From an uncultured virus (IMG/VR IMGVR_UViG_3300010157_000056) (Duplodnaviria > Heunggongvirae > Uroviricota > Caudoviricetes), in IMG/VR virus record IMGVR_UViG_3300010157_000056, positions 1 through 64,000 of that record: DNA of 64,000 nucleotides; one strand, written 5' to 3'. The notes under the pieces are model-generated. The model worked only from the letters and a program-made list of their open reading frames with translations, was not told the origin of the DNA and made no database searches. How positions within the stretch are numbered: the first letter of the stretch is position 1; each line of letters opens with the position of its first letter. The position numbers were made by a program, and so were the translations under genes. This document shows positions 38,802-50,700 of the stretch, piece after piece.

Positions 38802-40595
38802 TTATATAGTAAGTGTTCCGCTTGAGTTGAATGTATATATATTATATCCACCTGTTGATGTATATGTTGCATTTGTATTTGCAGTAGCAGGATAATAGTT
38901 AGCAGAAGAAAATCTAATAATAACAGTACCAGACCCACCAGCGGCACCTGATCCGCTAACTGATCCGGACTGATTACCACCTGCACCACCACCACCTCCA
39001 GTATTGGTAGAGCCAGCAGTTCCATTGTATGAGCTGTTTGAATATCCACCATTACCGCCGCCACCAGCACCACCTCGACCGTAAGTGTTTCCAGCGTTGG
39101 CGCTTTCAAATCCACCTCCTCCTCCTCCTGCAAAGTAAGTAGATGTAGTAGTAATAATTGATTGATATCCAACACCCCCTGTACCTGCACTAAGAGCAGT
39201 TGCGCCACCGGCATAACCAGCACTACCAGCACCGCCGCCACCGCCACCCAATCGGCCACCATTGCCTGCACCACCGGCATTGCCAAATCCACCACTAGAA
39301 TTTGTAGATTGTGTACCACCGCCACCTGCGCCGCCACTACTATCAGATCCAGCACCGCCGCCACCGGATGCACCTGCGATACCGGCTCCACCTTGCCAAG
39401 TCCCACCGCCACCCCCACCTAACCCTGTGTTGAATGGTGAAAGAGTATTTGTCATGGCTGCACTACTAACTGCGGTAAGAACAATGCCATTACCTGAATT
39501 ATCTATAAATGTAGAGTTTTGTAAAGTTAATAAACTGGTATTGGTAATAGCAGTTAATGCCGCTCTAGATGGAGTGAATCCACTAGTATAAAGTGCTGTT
39601 CCTTTCAATACTCGTAGGTTGGACATATATACATTCATGAAAGGGCCCGATGCCCCATTTCCTGATCCAATTTGACCAGTACCTTGTACAAAACTGTATG
39701 CATTAGTTGCAACGGTATTAGCAACACCATTTATATATATTGTCATATTACCAGAACTACGAACGGCTGCAATATGAGTCCATGCACCAGTTGATATTGC
39801 AGCCGTATTTGATAATACTGTAGAATTGTTAGTTATTGCAATAGTTGACCCGGTTCTAAAGTTAAGATGAAAATCTCCCGCAGTAAAAATTTCTGGCGAA
39901 CCAGAAGGTGCTACATTTACATAAAGCCAGCATTCTACTGTAAAGTCTCCAGTTCCGAATGCTAATGCGGCATTACTAGGAACGGTTAGATATTGACTAG
40001 TACCATTTAATGATAGCGAATATTCAGTAGGTCCAACGATTGATGAATTAACGCCAGTGCCTCCCGCTCCACCAGTTCCGGCGGTACCACCTGCACCTAC
40101 AGTTACAGTGATTACTGATCCAGGGGTAACAGTATAGGCTGATGATACTACAACTCCACCGGCACCACCACCTCCACCTAATAAAAAACCGCCGCCACCG
40201 CCACCGCCGACTACCAAATATTGAACTGAAGTTGCAGTAGTCTGATCAGCCACAGGAACTGTTTCAGTAATATGTGTGCCAAATACATTAAAACTAGTAG
40301 AACTATTACTAGAACTCACTGATATTACATCAGTTTGCGCTAAAGTTAGTCCCATTGTTACACCAATAGTGTCTGATGCAGGAATAGCAGCATTATAATT
40401 AATGTAATGTTTAGGATCAATAGTTGCACCAAATGGGCGCACGGCAATACTATAAGTTGCTGTACTTGCGGCTTGATTACATACAGTTATAGTGGATATT
40501 ATTGCATTCGTACTAGCAGGTACTGTGTATAATGTGGTTAATGTGGAGGCAGCAGGGTTTGCTTGACCTAACACTTTGTAGTAATAGTATGACAT
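38802..40595 (-). CDS. YKVLGQ domain plus a Gly-rich module with an inserted LamG domain
   Basis: YKVLGQANP..FNVFG; QYLVVGGG; FTVECW..WTHIAAVR..MSNLRVLKG. Confidence 0.85.
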   Translation of the reverse strand: MSYYYYKVLGQANPAASTLTTLYTVPASTNAIISTITVCNQAASTATYSIAVRPFGATIDPKHYINYNAAIPASDTIGVTMGLTLAQTDVISVSSSNSSTSFNVFGTHITETVPVADQTTATSVQYLVVGGGGGGGFLLGGGGGAGGVVVSSAYTVTPGSVITVTVGAGGTAGTGGAGGTGVNSSIVGPTEYSLSLNGTSQYLTVPSNAALAFGTGDFTVECWLYVNVAPSGSPEIFTAGDFHLNFRTGSTIAITNNSTVLSNTAAISTGAWTHIAAVRSSGNMTIYINGVANTVATNAYSFVQGTGQIGSGNGASGPFMNVYMSNLRVLKGTALYTSGFTPSRAALTAITNTSLLTLQNSTFIDNSGNGIVLTAVSSAAMTNTLSPFNTGLGGGGGGTWQGGAGIAGASGGGGAGSDSSGGAGGGGTQSTNSSGGFGNAGGAGNGGRLGGGGGGAGSAGYAGGATALSAGTGGVGYQSIITTTSTYFAGGGGGGFESANAGNTYGRGGAGGGGNGGYSNSSYNGTAGSTNTGGGGGAGGNQSGSVSGSGAAGGSGTVIIRFSSANYYPATANTNATYTSTGGYNIYTFNSSGTLTI

Positions 40596-40604
40596 ATTTT
40601 AAAA

Positions 40605-41798
40605 TTAGAAAGTGATTGATCCAGAACCGGTAAATTTGTATACCTTATATCCGCCTGATACCGCATATGTAGGACTACCTGTAGTAATAGTTGCTGCTGT
40701 ATTACCTATATCAGGATATCGAATAATTACAATACCCGAACCTCCTTGCCCACCAGCAGCATAATAGCCACCACCACCTCCGCCACCGCCGGTATTAGTA
40801 GTTCCATTTGGTGAAGCGTTTGAGTTGCCGCCACCCCCCAATCCACCTACAGCCTGTTGACTTCCAAGTCCACCACATCGTGCGCCAGCGCCACCACCTG
40901 CAATATAATATGTACCTGTGGTAAGAACACCGGCACTTGCTGATGCTAATAGGTCTGAGTATATTGATGCTCCATTGCCGCCGGCACCTGGTTGTCCAGC
41001 ACCATTGGATGAAAATCCAGTTGTACCGGCGCCACCGCCACCGCCGCCACCACCATTAAGTGACCCATATCCGCCATTATTACCTTGACCAACAATACCT
41101 GCTCCAGGTATAGTTTCAGTAGTACCACCTGCATCACTACCACCACCACCTGATCCCCCAAAAACAAATCCAGGACTAGTGCCACCGGAACGGCTAAAGC
41201 CACCACCACCACCACGTGCAAAAATATTTAATGCGCCGCCGACTATTGAACTAATAGTACCGGTACTACCCGGGGTTCCATCTCCATTAGTAGTCCCGCC
41301 TGAACCAACAGTGATAGTGTATACAGTACTTGATGTTATTGCAGTAGCACCATTATATAGTACGCCGCCTGCACCGCCACCTCCTGAGCCATTACCGCCT
41401 CCGCCACCACCTGCGGCTACTATTAGATATTCAATAGTGCTTGGAACGGTTACAGTTGTAGTTATTTCAGAACCAAATAGGTTGAAACTTGTCAAAGTAT
41501 TACTAGCAGAGACATATACTACATCAGTAGTAGCCAATGTTATGCCTATAGTTAATGCAATAGTTTCCTGTGCAGCAATACTAGCATTATATGCAATATA
41601 ATGTTTAGGAACTATTGTGGCGCCACCTGGACTAACTGCAATACTATATGTTCCTACACTGGCTGTTTGATTACATATTGATAATGTTGATACTACCGCA
41701 CTTGCATTAGCAGGTACTGTATATAAAGTAGCAGTCGTTGTAGCAGTTGACAGTGCAACTCTGCCTAAAACCCTGTATGATGTTGATAAAACTCCCAC
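40605..41798 (-). CDS. YKVLGQ-like domain plus a Gly-rich module
   Basis: GTG start abutting the upstream stop; YRVLGR..FNLFGSEI; EYLIVAAGGG. Confidence 0.8.
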   Translation of the reverse strand: MGVLSTSYRVLGRVALSTATTTATLYTVPANASAVVSTLSICNQTASVGTYSIAVSPGGATIVPKHYIAYNASIAAQETIALTIGITLATTDVVYVSASNTLTSFNLFGSEITTTVTVPSTIEYLIVAAGGGGGGNGSGGGGAGGVLYNGATAITSSTVYTITVGSGGTTNGDGTPGSTGTISSIVGGALNIFARGGGGGFSRSGGTSPGFVFGGSGGGGSDAGGTTETIPGAGIVGQGNNGGYGSLNGGGGGGGGAGTTGFSSNGAGQPGAGGNGASIYSDLLASASAGVLTTGTYYIAGGGAGARCGGLGSQQAVGGLGGGGNSNASPNGTTNTGGGGGGGGYYAAGGQGGSGIVIIRYPDIGNTAATITTGSPTYAVSGGYKVYKFTGSGSITF

Positions 41799-44700
41799 TT
41801 ATGCACCCATTAATAAAAATGTATTTAATGTATCTACATAGTTAGTACCATTAGTTCCGATAACACCGTTAGCGCCTGCACTGCCAGTATAACCTACAAC
41901 ACTTGCACTGGGTCCAGCAAATGTCCATTCATTTGAGCCCACCTTAAGTAGTGTACCCATGCTATATTGATTATTCAATAATGGAAGATCAGTGGTATGT
42001 AATGTAACACCCACACCTGCTGATATTACCACAGGCCCTAGTCCGTTCTGACTTATATCAACACGCTGGCCAACGGCAAAGTTAACTGAACTTTCCGGTG
42101 GTATAGTAACAGTAGTACCCACAGCATTGTTTATATTAACCAAGTAACCAGAATCAGCTAATACTAGTGTATAAGCAGTACCGGTTTGTGTATTAAACAC
42201 CTGAACTGAAGTAAATCCACCAGCACTACCAGCATATCCACTTGCGGTGCTTGCAGAACCAGTATATCCACTTGCGGTGCTTGCAGAACCTGTGTAACCT
42301 ATTGTACCAGTGCTACCAATTGAACCAGTGTAACCTGCACCAACTGAACCAGTATACCCAATAACGCCAGTACTTGGACCGGCAAATGTCCATTCATTGG
42401 AACCTACTTTGATCAATGTACCAATACTGTATTGATTATTCAATAATGGAAGATCAGTGGTATGTAATGTAACACCCACACCTGCTGATATTACCACTGG
42501 TCCAGCACCATTTTGTGCTATATCAACACGCTGTCCAATACTGAAGTTAACTGAGCTTTCTGGCGGTACTGTAACAGTAGCACCAACAGCATTATTCATA
42601 TTAACTAAAGTACCAGCATCAGTTAATACCAATGTATAGCTAGTACCAGTTTGTGTGTTAAAAGTTTGTACTGAATTAAAGCTGCCGACTCCGCCACCTC
42701 CGGTAAACAATACACCATTTTGATATAAACTACCGCCAAAGTTAATGTTACCACCAATACCAACGCCACCTACAACTTGTAAAGCGCCAGTTGTAGTTGA
42801 TGTTGAAATTGCAGTTGAAGTAATAGTGACTGTACTTACAAATGTAGTAGTATTTGCTACAGATCCACCGGTAAAAGTTGCGCTACCTGTAGCAGTACTA
42901 ACTTGATATCCGTTTAATATAAAGTTTGTGGCAGTAACAGTTCCGCCGGCAACTATACCAAGTCCAACTCCTAATCCACCAGATATAATAACAGCGCCGG
43001 TCGTAGTACTAGTTGATGTAGCAGTACCAGTAACAACTAAATTAGTCATTGTGCTACCAGCATCAATTCTTAATGTACCTGCAAAGAAGTTAGTTGCAGT
43101 TATAACACCACCAACAAACAAACTGCCACCAATGCCAACACCACCGACAACTTGTAATGCACCTGAATTAGTTGAACTTGCATTTGTTGTGTTTGTAACA
43201 GTAGTAATACCTGTAATCACTCCACCTGTAAATGATGATCCTGTTGATGCAGATCCAGTATAACCGGCGCCCGTACTACCAGTATATCCTGTGCCACCCT
43301 GTGGTGTAACAAACAGCCATTCATTTGATCCAGTTTTGATCAATGTACCCACACTATATTGTGTACTTAGTACTGGATAATCAGTTGAGTTTAATGTAAC
43401 TCCACTTGCCCCTACTACTGCAACAATACCTGTACTAGCCTGTTCTATATCTAATCTATGTCCTATAGCAAAATTAACTGAACTTTCTAATGGAATAGTA
43501 ACTGTAACATTTGAAGCATTAGTTAATTTTATCAACTGCCCAGCATCAGTTAATGCCAATGTATAAGTGGTACCAGTTTGTGTGTTAGATGTTTGTACAG
43601 AACTAAAGTTACCAACACTTCCAACATATCCTAAACTACCGGTATAGCCGCTTGCAGTACTTGCTGATCCAGTGTAGCCACTAGCGGTACTTGCTGATCC
43701 AGTGTAACCTAAACTGCCCGTATAGCCAACGCCTGTACTTCCTGTGTAACCTAATCCGCCCTGTGGTGTAACAAACAGCCATTCATTTGATCCAGTTTTG
43801 ATCAATGTACCCACACTATATTGTGTACTTAGTACCGGATAATCAGTTGAGTTTAATGTAACTCCACTTGCCCCTACTATTGCGACATTGCCTGCACTTG
43901 CTTGTTCTATATCTACACGCTGCCCAATGGCAAAGTTAACAGAACTTTCTAATGGAATAGTAACTGTAACGCCTGAAACATTAGTTAATTTAACCAAATC
44001 ACCTGCGTCTGCCAATACCAATGTATAAGTTGTACCACTTTGTGTATTAAATACCTGAACGGCGCTAAAGGTACCAGACACACCTGCACTACCAGTATAT
44101 CCTAAACTACCAGTATATCCTATAGTACCAGTGCTACCAGTATACCCAGAAGCAGTACTTGCTGAACCAGTATAACCCAAACTACCAGTATAACCTATAC
44201 TGCCAGTATATCCAATGGTACCAGTATTGCCTATACTACCAGTATATCCAATAGTACCAATGCTGCCAGTATATCCTATAGTACCAGTATTGCCTATACT
44301 ACCAGTATATCCAGTTGTTCCGGTACTACCAATGCTACCAGTATACCCCACTGATCCAGTATATCCTGTTACGGTACTTGCTGATCCGGTATATCCTGCC
44401 CCACCACCTGTTCCTTGGCTTCCAGTATATCCACTTGCAGTACTTGCTGATCCAGTATAACCAATACTACCAGTATAACCAATACTGCCGGTATAGCCTG
44501 TTACGGTACTTGCAGAGCCAGTGTATCCTACACCAATACTACCAGTATATCCACTTGCAGTACTTGCCGAACCAGTATATCCTCTTGACCCAGTATAACC
44601 AAGTCCACCAGATGGACCTGTAATATTGCCAACATCATTCCATGCACTACCACTCCATACCCATAAGTGCCCAGTATCTGTTGTTATATATCCATCACCT

Positions 44701-47700
44701 GCTGTACCAATATACGAAGTTGGATATCCTGGTAACGCTGCTGAAGTTGAAGTCGACCCTTTAATAGTAACACTGGTTCCGTCAGTACCTTTACTTCCAG
44801 TATAGCCAATACTACCAGTATAACCAGTTGCAGTACTTGCTGATCCAGTATAACCTATACCAATACTACCAGTATACCCAGAGACTGTGCTTGCCGAACC
44901 AGTATATCCTATTGAGCCAGTATAACCAATACTACCAGTATAACCAGTAGCGGTACTTGCTGAACCAGTGTAGCCTATTGAGCCAGTATAACCTATTGAT
45001 CCAGTATAACCTAAACTACCAGTATATCCATACCCCACATTGATACCACCAATGCTAATTGATGTTGCAGTAAATGCTCCGCCAACATATAAATTGCCAC
45101 CAATCCCAACGCCACCTGTTACTACCAATGCGCCAGTAGTTGTTGAGGTTGCAGTAATGACAGTGCTAAATTTAGTCTGACCTACGCTGTCAATACGCAT
45201 ACGCTCAACTGGCGTGGTAGAAGCATCCGGTGTGGTACCAAAGGTTAAGCGACCAGGCGTACTGTTAAGTGCAGGCGTTCCTTCTACTGAGCCAATGATC
45301 GAAGCAGCTTGTTGAAAAGCTGCACCGTCATCAAATTGGAAACGAATACTGGATTGGGATCCATTTGTTGCAGTCGAGTACGTTCCTACAGTACCTGAGC
45401 GAGATTTGTACAAATTCAGACCACCGCCAGTGGCAAGTGTTCCCCAACTGTAAACCCCCATAGCAGGTGAACTGTTAATGGCGGCGCTGCTATGTACTTC
45501 GAGGACATTAACTTGTGTGACCCGTGCAGTGTGACCAATAATCACGGTACCATTACTAGCAATTACAAATGGTGATGCATCAGGATTAGCCTCATCCTCA
45601 ACTACCAGCGCATTACCTGCGCCAAGCTGGGTGATACGTAAGGCTGTGCTGGTGCTGTTTACGTTAACAACACTGGCATCTCCAACATTTAAACTACCGC
45701 CAATACCAACCCCGCCAGTTACAATTAATGCACCAGTTGTGGTACTAATAGAACTTGTGGTATTAGTAATACTAATTGCATTATTGGTTGTAGCACCTCT
45801 ACCAGTAACCGTTTGTAATGTACTGGTATTCCAAATTGTAATAGCACCAGTACTGGTACTTACTGCTGTATCAGTACCAGCAATAATACTGGTTTGATTA
45901 GCAAATTGATTAATGGTAGCAGTGGATAATATTGCTTGCCCGCTTTGATATAATGCACCACCAACATATAAATTGCCACCAATCCCAACACCGCCAGTAA
46001 CAGTTAATGCTCCGGTAATAGTTGAACCACTTGCAGTTGCATTAGTGATTGATATTGCATTGGTAGTTGTAGCGCCTCTACTAGTAACTGTTTGTAAAGT
46101 GCTAGTATTCCAAATTATAATATTACCAGTGCTGGTACTTACTGCTGTGTCTGTACCAGCAATAATACTTGTTTGATTTGCATATTGATTAATGGTAGCA
46201 GTTGTAATAACTTGCTGACCGCTTTGATATAATGCACCACCAATGTATAAATCGCCACCTACACCAATACCACCTGCAACTGTTAATGCGCCGGTAATAG
46301 TTGAGCCACTTGCAGTTGCATTAGTAATACTAATTGCATTAGTAGTAGTATTACCTCTATCAGTGACGGTTTGTAATGTACTGGTATTCCAAATAGTAAT
46401 GTTGCCAGTACTGGTACTAATTGCAGTATCAGTACCGGCAGTTATTGTTGTTTGATTTGCAAAGTTGTTAATTGTAGCAGTTGTAATAACTTGCTGACCA
46501 TTTTGATATAATGCACCACCAATGTATAAATTACCACCAATACCAACACCACCTGCGACTTGTAATGCACCGGTTGAGGTACTAATAGAAACTGTAGTAT
46601 TAGTTAATACAATACTGCCAGTTTTAAAGGTACCATACGCACTGCCTGCAAATGTACTTGTGCCATCTTCTGTTCCGCTAGAATACCATTCTAAATATTT
46701 GGTATCATTGGCTAATACTAATCCGGCATTTTTGTCTGCACCATCGTAATAGTGGAATCTTAATCCGATATCCTTACCGTCATTTACAGCCCATACATTT
46801 CCGGGAGTATTTGGATAATGCAATTCAATAATGTTATCTGTATAAACTGTGTTAGTAGATAATACAAAAGTAGTAGTACCAGCAAATGTTACATTATTTT
46901 GAAATATTGCTTCTCCAGTTACTAATAAAGATTTACCAATACCCAATCCACCTTCTATATAAACAGCATTGCTTGCCACAGTTGATGTACTAGCTAATGT
47001 ATTAGAAAATATAAATGTACTTGTTGTACTTGTAGTTAATCCTTGAGCACCAGTTGCTCCAGTAGCGCCGGTGGCACCGCGTGGACCTTGACCGCCTTGT
47101 ATAGATTTTTCAAGGGCAACATAATCAATCCATGTTCTATGTGCTGTATTACCGAATGACACATGATATATACGAGCAGTAACAGTACCGCTGGAAATAT
47201 AAGGTGCAGGATCGACAGTACCAAGAATGAATTCAAACCAACCAGTTGACCCAGAATAGGTAGTAAACGTATCCCACTGGTTCTGTACATAGTTGTATAA
47301 ATCAATCTCTTGTGTATGGCCTGAATTTTGTGTGTAATTAATGTTTAATACAATACGATTGAAATCAGTGATACCACTAAATCCAATGTAGACAATAAAC
47401 GCAGGTTGTGTTGCTGCATCGTGAATACTGTAGTATCCAAAATTAGTACCAGTGTTGTAATCGTTAAAAGTCCAAACATCACTTACTGCGCCAAAGTCGT
47501 AAGTACCGTAGATGGTGCTAGTTCCAGCAACTGCTACAGATCCGGGATTGTTAGTAATGTAAGTAGCAGTGTGCGTTACTGTTTCTAAATCGCCAGCAAC
47601 AAGGATCTTAGAGTTGTTTATGTAACTGGTAGATGCTGCATATATAGAGCCACCAACGCCCAATCCACCACGTACTACTAATGCACCTGTAGTAGTTGAG

Positions 47701-50700
47701 ATTGATTCAGTGGTTGCAGTATTAAAGATAGCAGTGATATAATTTGAATTTGTACCTGCTACTATGATCTTAACACTAGTATCCAGAGCCATAGTACCTA
47801 TTACCAAGTGACCCGATGTAGGAAGATTACTATTTCCTACTAACAAATAGCCATCATTAGGACCAAGTGCATTACCAAAACTTAATGTAGCAGATCCGTC
47901 CCATCCGCTGCTGGTAATACCCATATCAATGAATGCGCCCGTTTCAGTGACATTGTCTGCGCTTGCAACAATATCGGTACTAGCAATGGCGCCTGCATTA
48001 ATATTTTGTACATTAATTTCCATGTAATCATTAAGATCACCGGTAAATTGTGCCATGGTCTGTGAAAATGGCGTTGCTCCTATAATACCAGCATATAATG
48101 CGCCTGATCCCGAAGTATCACCATAGAAGGTGCCACTGTTAGCTACTAAGGTTGTTAATGTTACGTTGGTTCCGGTGATAGTACCAAAAACAATTAAATC
48201 ACCGTGCAAGTATCCATCACCATTGATATTAAATCCACTGTTACCGCCAATTCCGCCTGCCACATATAATGCATTAGATGCAAATGAACTTGTGCTAGTG
48301 AGAGTATTATCAATTCTAATTTGATTAGTAGTAGTATGACCTCTACCAGTAACCGTTTGTAACGTACTAGTATTCCAAATAGTAATATTGCCAGTACTTG
48401 TACTAATTGCAGTATCAGTACCAGCAGTTATAACTGTTTGGTTTGCATAATCATTAATAGTAGAAGTTGTAATAACTTGTTGGCCATTTTGATATAATGC
48501 ACCGCCAACATATATATCTCCACCAATACCAACACCACCTGCAACTATTAATGCTCCAGTAATAGTTGAGTCACTGGCGGTTGCATTAGTAATTGATATA
48601 GCATTGGTAGTTGTAGCACCTCTATCAGTAACAGTTTGTAATGTACTAGTATTCCAAATAGTAATATTACCGGTACTTGTACTAATTGCAGTATCAGTAC
48701 CAGCTGTGATTACAGTTTGATTGGCAAATGTATTAATAGTTGAAGTAGTAATAACTTGCTGACCATTACTATAAAGAAATGCAGCAGCATAGATACTTCC
48801 GCCTGCCCATAAATCTCCGCCTACACCAGCCCCTCCAGTAACAACTAATGCACCAGTATTAGTTGATGTAGAAGTACTACTATTAACAATATAAATTACA
48901 CCGGTGCCTAAACTAGATGCTGTAGTAGCATTAACTGCTGTAGTTACAACTGTACCAGTATCAAATGCTAATGCATATGATGCTGTAGTAGCGTTAACTG
49001 CTGTGGTTACAACAGTATTGGTATTGAATGCTAATGCATATCCACTTGTAGTTGCATAAAGCGCACTTGCTACTAATAATGTCTGTGTACTATTATAAGT
49101 TAATACCTGACTACTTGAACTATAAATTAACCCATTAACATACAAATTTTCACCAACCCCAACACCACCGGTAATAGTTAATGCACCGGTAGTTGATGAG
49201 GTACTAGAAGCTGTACTAGTAATTGATATAGCATTAGTAGTAGTATGACCACGATCGGTTACAGTTTGAAATGTACTAGTATTCCAAATTGTTACATTGC
49301 CAGTACTTGTACTAATTGCAGTATCAGTACCAGCTGTGATTACAGTTTGATTGGCAAATGTATTAATAGTTGAAGTAGTAATAACTTGTTGGCCATTACT
49401 GTAGATGAAATCGCCGGCATAAATTTTTCCACCAACCCACATATCCTGACCAATACCAACACCGCCTGGCGTAACAATTGCACCAGTAGTAGTTGATGTG
49501 GAGTTTGTACTTGTATTAACAACTAGTCGTTGGTTAATAATAGAAATACCAGATTCACTAGAAAAACCACTTGATGTAGTTAATATTTCTGCATTATTAA
49601 GATACGCAGTATTTGCTACATATAAATTATTACCAACATATAAATCTAATCCAATGCCGGCGCCGCCAACAACTGTAAACGCACCGGTAGCTATTGAATT
49701 TGAATTTACATTTGATTGAACTTCTATCTTACCAGGCGCAGTTAATTTACCATCTGTGCCAAATACCCAATGCTGGGTTCCAGCCCCAATACCCACGTTA
49801 CCTGTACTATAAATATTATCATATCGTTGAGGCAGGGTTCCGCTTACATAACTTACAGCACTATTTACTGCTGTTGAGTACACTGGGCCTGCAGATACAA
49901 ACGTTTCTACATTAAAAACAATGTCATTAGCAGGACTTGTTCCACCGGGGAAAGTTGTTCCAGGAATAGTCAAATTAACACTAGTTGGACCATATCCACC
50001 GGCACCTGCGGCCACACTCATATTGGTAATGGTATTATCCGGTTGTACAGTAAATGTTAAACTTGTTTGTCCATAGGTTACAGGAATAGATGTAAACGTA
50101 GTTGCTACATAATTCCAAATTACTGGATTAAATGTCAATAAGTTACCGACATTTAAATTCTTACCAATACCGACACCACCTTCAATTTGTAATGCGCCAC
50201 TATCAGTTGAGGTAGAATTTGTAGTATTAGAAATTCTAATAATATCAGGACCCAAACTAGTAGCAGTGGTTGCATTAACCGCAGTAGTTACAACTGTACC
50301 AGTATCAAATGCCAATGCATATCCACTTGTGGTTGCAAATGATGCAGTAGTTGCATTAATTGCAGTAGTTACAACTGTACCAGTATCAAATGCCAATGCA
50401 TATCCACTTGTGGTTGCAAATGATGCAGTAGTTGCATTAATTGCATTAATTGCAGTAGTTACAACTGTACCAGTATCAAATGCCAATGCATATCCACTTG
50501 TGGTTGCATAAAGAGCACTTGCTACTAATAGTGTCTGTGTACTATTATAGGTTAATACTTGACTACCTGAACTATAAATTAATCCGCCTACATATACATC
50601 TCTACCAAACCCTGCGCCACCGGCAATAATTAATGCACCAGAGTCAGTGCTAGTAGATTGAGTCGTATTATAGGTACTAATTACATCATCTGTAACAATA

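Noticed and set aside
24012..41798. Diversity-generating retroelement acting on the adhesins
   Set aside because: No reverse transcriptase in the window, and no template/variable repeat pair differing only at adenines was seen
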